From the IMG/VR virus record IMGVR_UViG_3300044580_000031, positions 1-43,302 of that record: a stretch of 43,302 nucleotides of DNA; one strand, given 5' to 3'. Each line of letters begins with the position of its first letter. Position 1 is the first letter of the stretch. The position numbers were made by a program, and so were the translations under genes. Below, piece after piece: positions 40,030-43,302 of this stretch. This DNA comes from a virus. Its lineage: Duplodnaviria; Caudoviricetes. The notes under the pieces were generated by a model. That model did no database searches. It was not told the DNA's origin and was given only the letters and a program-made list of their open reading frames with translations.

Positions 40030-40068
40030 AGGCTCCTTTGGAAGGGAGATGTCGCGATGCGACTGAGG
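40030..40068 (-). repeat. REP-like double-hairpin element (intergenic)
   Basis: + strand AGGCTCCTTTGGAAGGGAGATG-TCGCGATGCGA-CTGAGG. Confidence 0.65.
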
Positions 40069-40077
40069 CTTGTCCTC

Positions 40078-40341
40078 TCAGAGGTAATTCCGCCCAAATT
40101 CCCGGATAAACCGCGCCGTGTCCCATCCGTACTCCGCCATGATCCTCTCCTGGTGCTGCGACTTCAGCTTCCGGGACTGCTCCGCGTCCCTATGTACGGC
40201 CTTCTTGCCCTCGCGGTGACAGTCCACGCACAGCCTTGCCTTGGCGCGGTAGCACTCCGACTTCTTCCGCAGCGCTCCACCCCAGACGTGATGAGTCTCA
40301 AGCACGCGCGGCTTCTCGCACAATTCGCAGATTCCGAACAT
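40078..40341 (-). CDS. Small HNH-like zinc-binding protein
   Basis: CELC...ETHHVWGG..RKKS......LCVDCH...VH. Confidence 0.75.
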   Translation of the reverse strand: MFGICELCEKPRVLETHHVWGGALRKKSECYRAKARLCVDCHREGKKAVHRDAEQSRKLKSQHQERIMAEYGWDTARFIREFGRNYL

Positions 40342-40356
40342 ACCGGTTAACTCCCT

Positions 40357-40563
40357 TTACGCACTCTGCTCGTTTTTAACAGGCTGCATCGGTTCAATTC
40401 CAAAAAAAGCACAAAGGCGTACATATTCATCCGCTCGAAACTCTCGCCTACCTCGTAGACTCGGTTGCAGCTTTGAATAAGGTACGCCTGTTCGGTCGCT
40501 AATAGTTTTAATGGTCATGCCACTTTCCTTCACCTTATTAGCAATAATATTCTCGCACGTCAT
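40357..40563 (-). CDS. Cro-like XRE HTH regulator
   Basis: 68-aa HTH, first gene of the lytic operon, divergent from the repressor. Confidence 0.85.
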   Translation of the reverse strand: MTCENIIANKVKESGMTIKTISDRTGVPYSKLQPSLRGRREFRADEYVRLCAFFGIEPMQPVKNEQSA

Positions 40564-40576
40564 AGCCCCGCCCCTT

Positions 40577-40689
40577 TCTTAGTTTCTAAGATATTAGAGC
40601 CACAATATCATTAGTTTTTAAGAATGTCAATATCATTTTATCACTTTGTAAGAATTTTTATTGACATTTATTATTTTCGCGGATAATAT
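40577..40689. promoter_or_regulatory. Lysis/lysogeny switch: divergent sigmaA promoters and three 15-bp operator-like sites
   Basis: - strand TTGACA-N17-TATTGT with an extended TG (40630-40602); + strand TTGACA-N17-TAATAT (40661-40689); TCTTAGTTTCTAAGA (40577), CATTAGTTTTTAAGA (40609), TATCACTTTGTAAGA (40639). Confidence 0.75.
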
Positions 40690-40707
40690 AGCCCCTGAGG
40701 TGATAAT

Positions 40708-41100
40708 ATGCAGAACAGGGACTTCACATCGTTAAACAAAGACGATATTGCTCGTTTATTGAAAGAGCAGCGCGCGCAAAGTAAAAAATCAACTTCTGAT
40801 GTTACTAGTCTCCTTAAAGACAGAGGTATTTTCATCTCTGAGACAACGCTCTATGGATATGAAAATGGTGTGTCTACTCCGAAAGTTAAAATATTCTTGG
40901 CTTTGTGCGATATATACGGCATTACAGATATAATGAGCGCCCTTGGTCTTTCAATAGAAAAACCCGCCGGCAATATTGCCGACGGGCTGAGTAAAAATGA
41001 GTCTATAATGTTGAACCTTTTTCGTATGGTTCCAGAGGAGGATCATGATATGGTAGTTCAGATGGTCGAGGCTGCACTAAGGTCAAGAGGATTACTCTGA
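40708..41100 (+). CDS. CI-like XRE-family repressor with no S24 autopeptidase domain
   Basis: HTH ...ISETTLYGYENGVSTP...LCDIYGI; short helical C-terminus. Confidence 0.85.
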   Translation: MQNRDFTSLNKDDIARLLKEQRAQSKKSTSDVTSLLKDRGIFISETTLYGYENGVSTPKVKIFLALCDIYGITDIMSALGLSIEKPAGNIADGLSKNESIMLNLFRMVPEEDHDMVVQMVEAALRSRGLL

Positions 41101-41185
41101 TTGCGGTCTCAATCGCAATAGTTGGATCGCTTGATCCTTCTATTAGCTTACATATCGGCTCTTCTGTCCTCTCCATAATTATCAT
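41003..41185 (-). CDS. Small protein downstream of the riboswitch, overlapping the 3' end of cI on the opposite strand
   Basis: Purine-rich RBS-like AGAAAGAGA; first ORF after the riboswitch terminator; 98-bp convergent overlap with cI. Confidence 0.5.
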   Translation of the reverse strand: MIIMERTEEPICKLIEGSSDPTIAIETAIRVILLTLVQPRPSELPYHDPPLEPYEKGSTL

Positions 41186-41210
41186 CTCTTTCTATAAATA
41201 TTTTAAAAAC

Positions 41211-41236
41211 AAAAAAAGCGATGGTCTAGTCATCGA
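41211..41236 (-). terminator. Terminator in the riboswitch expression platform
   Basis: CGAUG-ACUAGAC-CAUCG-C-UUUUUUU on the - strand. Confidence 0.6.
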
Positions 41237-41261
41237 ATACAGGGCGCATGAGCTGCGCCCA

Positions 41262-41345
41262 GGCTGCAACTGGCTGCCATAGACAAAGTCTTTAGGCCCT
41301 TTAGCTTTGCGTCCTCGTCTTTCGGCGAGTGTGCTAAATATCATT
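41262..41345 (-). ncRNA. GEMM-I (c-di-GMP-I class) riboswitch aptamer, A20 variant
   Basis: AGCACAC-UCGCC-GAAA-GACGAG-GACGCAAAGCU...GGGCCUAA-AGACUUUGUCU-AUGG-CAGCCAGUUGC: GAAA tetraloop, GACGCAAAGC junction, CCUAA/AUGG receptor and CCAGUUGC 3' end. Confidence 0.9.
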
Positions 41346-41521
41346 TTTCTATATTATTCCAATAAATATGTCGAAGGCAAGAAGTATTTGTCGCTAAAGT
41401 TTCTTTATTAATTTCGTTCAATATCACAAAACACGATATCACCCTGCAAACACATTGCAAATATACAAGTCGCAGTGTGCCGATATATGATTGCAGCAAG
41501 CAATTATTTGGAGGCACAGAT

Positions 41522-41680
41522 ATGGCAGAGGATAGAACACCAACATACGTAAGGATTCCAACTGATCTTTTAGAAAAGCTTGATAAAATAGCGATTGACC
41601 AAGAAAGATCTCGTAACTGGGTTATTAATAAGATGTTGGAAAAAGAAGTAGCTTTATATGAAAAGCGCGGTAAATTGTAA
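41522..41680 (+). CDS. Ribbon-helix-helix (Arc/CopG-like) DNA-binding protein
   Basis: TYVRIPTDLLEKLDKIAIDQERSRNWVINKML; RBS GGAGG. Confidence 0.8.
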   Translation: MAEDRTPTYVRIPTDLLEKLDKIAIDQERSRNWVINKMLEKEVALYEKRGKL

Positions 41681-41727
41681 GTGTTAGTGAATGGCCAAGT
41701 CTTGTCTGCCTTAACGAGGTGACGCCC

Positions 41728-43218
41728 ATGAGCACATCAAGAGATAATAAGCTGCCGCCGAAGGTCACCACCGACCTGCGGACAGCGGCCGGATATATCC
41801 GCGAATCGACGGACGATCAGCTTGAGTATTCACCGGATGCCCAGCGAAAAGAACTGCATCGTTATGCGCAGCAGAACGGTTATATTCTGGACGACAGACA
41901 CATTTATGTGGACGAAGGCATATCCGGACGGAAGGCTGACAAGCGCCCTCAGTTCCAGCGGATGATTGCCCTGGCGAAGTCGGAGGCACATCCCTTCGAC
42001 GCGATCCTTGTATGGAAATTCTCCCGTTTCGCACGAAACCAGGAGGAGAGCATAGTCTATAAAAATATGCTAAAGCGCGACGGTGTGGATGTTATAAGCA
42101 CTTCAGAGCCCGTGATCGAAGGTCCTTTCGGCAGTTTGATTGAACGCATCATTGAGTGGATGGACGAATACTATTCCATCCGTCTGTCGGAGATGGTAAA
42201 GATGGGCATGACGGAGAAGGCCCGCCGAGGGGAGATGCAAAGCACCCCGTCCTTCGGATACCGCGCTGAGAACGGCATGTTTGTCCCTGTGCCGGAGGAA
42301 GCCACTGTGGTCCGTGAGATATTCAATCGATTCGTCGCCGGCGAGGGCGCATACCCGATTGCGAAGTGGCTGAACGAGTCCGGCGTCCGGACGCACCGCG
42401 GCAACCGTTACGAGAATCGGACAGTGGAATACATACTCCGTAACCCCGTTTATATTGGTAAGCTCCGTTGGAACCCTACCGGCCGCTCCCGCCGCAATTT
42501 CGATGACCCAAATATAATATTAGCCAACGCCGGCCATGAACCCCTTATTGATATGAGTACCTGGGAGGCAGCGCAGCGCAGGATGGCTGAGATCAAAGCT
42601 CAGTGGGGTTATAAGGCCCGGCCGACGCATGAACTCAAGGACTGGCCAAGCGGCTTTATCCGCTGCTCTGATTGCGGCGCGACTCTTGTATATGCACTTC
42701 CGCATTACTATAAGTGCAACAATTATATAAGAGGCCGCTGCCGTTCTTCGCAGCATGTCCGCGCTGATCTCTTGAAGGAAGCAATCATTGAGCGCCTGAC
42801 CGAGGACGCGGCTACCATATACCCATTGAAAGCGTCTATCATGTTTTCAAAAGAGCGCGGTGGTAGTGAATTAGCCCTGCTGGAATCCCACGTTGCACAA
42901 TTGGAAAAGAAAAAGGACCGCCTCCGAGAAGCGTACCTGAACGGGATCGACACCGTTGAGGAATATCGCAACTGGAAGCAGTCCGCCGACGAGGAGCTTG
43001 AATCTGTAAAGCGCCGAATCGCAGAGATAAAAGAACAAACATCGGACTTGAACTACCTGCCTTTGCTAAGAAGATCCATCGAAGAGGCATTAAAAACCCT
43101 CTCAGCGCCCGATGCTTCAAATGAAGATAAAAACTCCGCCGCACGCTCGGTAATAGACACTTGCATCTTCGATAAAGCTTCAAATACTCTCTCCATCACC
43201 TACCGAGTCCTTTTTTAA
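41728..43218 (+). CDS. Large serine recombinase (phage integrase, SpoIVCA/CisA-like)
   Basis: Catalytic AAGYIRESTDDQ, ILVWKFSRFARN, PSFGY recombinase domain, CSDCG...YYKC zinc ribbon, coiled coil; ends about 30 bp from the att site. Confidence 0.96.
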   Translation: MSTSRDNKLPPKVTTDLRTAAGYIRESTDDQLEYSPDAQRKELHRYAQQNGYILDDRHIYVDEGISGRKADKRPQFQRMIALAKSEAHPFDAILVWKFSRFARNQEESIVYKNMLKRDGVDVISTSEPVIEGPFGSLIERIIEWMDEYYSIRLSEMVKMGMTEKARRGEMQSTPSFGYRAENGMFVPVPEEATVVREIFNRFVAGEGAYPIAKWLNESGVRTHRGNRYENRTVEYILRNPVYIGKLRWNPTGRSRRNFDDPNIILANAGHEPLIDMSTWEAAQRRMAEIKAQWGYKARPTHELKDWPSGFIRCSDCGATLVYALPHYYKCNNYIRGRCRSSQHVRADLLKEAIIERLTEDAATIYPLKASIMFSKERGGSELALLESHVAQLEKKKDRLREAYLNGIDTVEEYRNWKQSADEELESVKRRIAEIKEQTSDLNYLPLLRRSIEEALKTLSAPDASNEDKNSAARSVIDTCIFDKASNTLSITYRVLF

Positions 43219-43227
43219 TACAATCAA

Positions 43228-43277
43228 AATGTTGTCTATTGGTGTATGGTCCACCTTACTGTAATAGACTACGATTA
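43228..43277. other. attP-type site, an imperfect inverted repeat around a central CC (43251-43252)
   Basis: GTCTATTGGTGTATGGT-CC-ACCTTACTGTAATAGAC; the arms match at 13 of 17 positions as an inverted repeat. Confidence 0.85.
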
Positions 43278-43302
43278 TATTCCCTTATCTTTTGTTTTCT
43301 GG
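43248..43302 (+). repeat. 55-bp perfect direct repeat, copy 2 (window end)
   Basis: Identical to 780-834. Confidence 0.97.

Larger units (their letters stand above)
783..43252. mobile_element. Temperate prophage of about 42.5 kb, probably short-tailed (podovirus-like), integrated in cotJC by a large serine recombinase
   Basis: Integrase, cI/cro, terminase, portal, scaffold, capsid, endolysin/holins and att sites present; no tape-measure or tail-tube gene recognised. Confidence 0.93.

Noticed and set aside
41459-41486. Firm sigmaD promoter call
   Set aside because: The -10 (GCCGATAT) is perfect but there is no TAAA at the right spacing; mentioned only as a hint

Overview
The window is a nearly complete temperate phage of about 42.5 kb (approx. 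783-43252) from a spore-forming Bacillota host, probably Clostridia. A large serine recombinase has integrated it into the spore-coat Mn-catalase gene cotJC, splitting the conserved QYGGPDGE motif. Only the 3' part of cotJC and a downstream host gene (1-784) are present. The right end of the window is an intact attP-type inverted repeat that runs on into 55 bp identical to the left prophage end, which suggests an excised circular or concatemeric form was sequenced. Reading right to left on the - strand: integrase and a ribbon-helix-helix gene (both + strand); a cI/cro switch; early genes (HNH, HExxH peptidases, PAPS-reductase-like protein, an SF2 helicase-DNA methylase with an inserted Mom-like GNAT domain, DUF5131, DUF4406, ASCH-like, a tandem DUF2829/Tad2-like protein); an HUH rolling-circle Rep; terminase, portal, scaffold and capsid; lysis genes; short-tail proteins; and a 2794-aa polyvalent virion protein. 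A + strand cargo block at the left end encodes a DUF5658-like membrane protein and a type IV pilin. The most striking signal is a GEMM-I (c-di-GMP-I class, A20 variant) riboswitch in the immunity region. It points antisense into the repressor gene and toward the lytic operon. A mother-cell (sigmaE/sigmaK-like) promoter in front of a candidate excision factor and the phage-borne pilin add to this. Together they suggest a prophage whose lysogeny or excision is tied to cyclic-dinucleotide signalling and sporulation (inference). All family assignments come from motif recognition by eye; no database searches were run.
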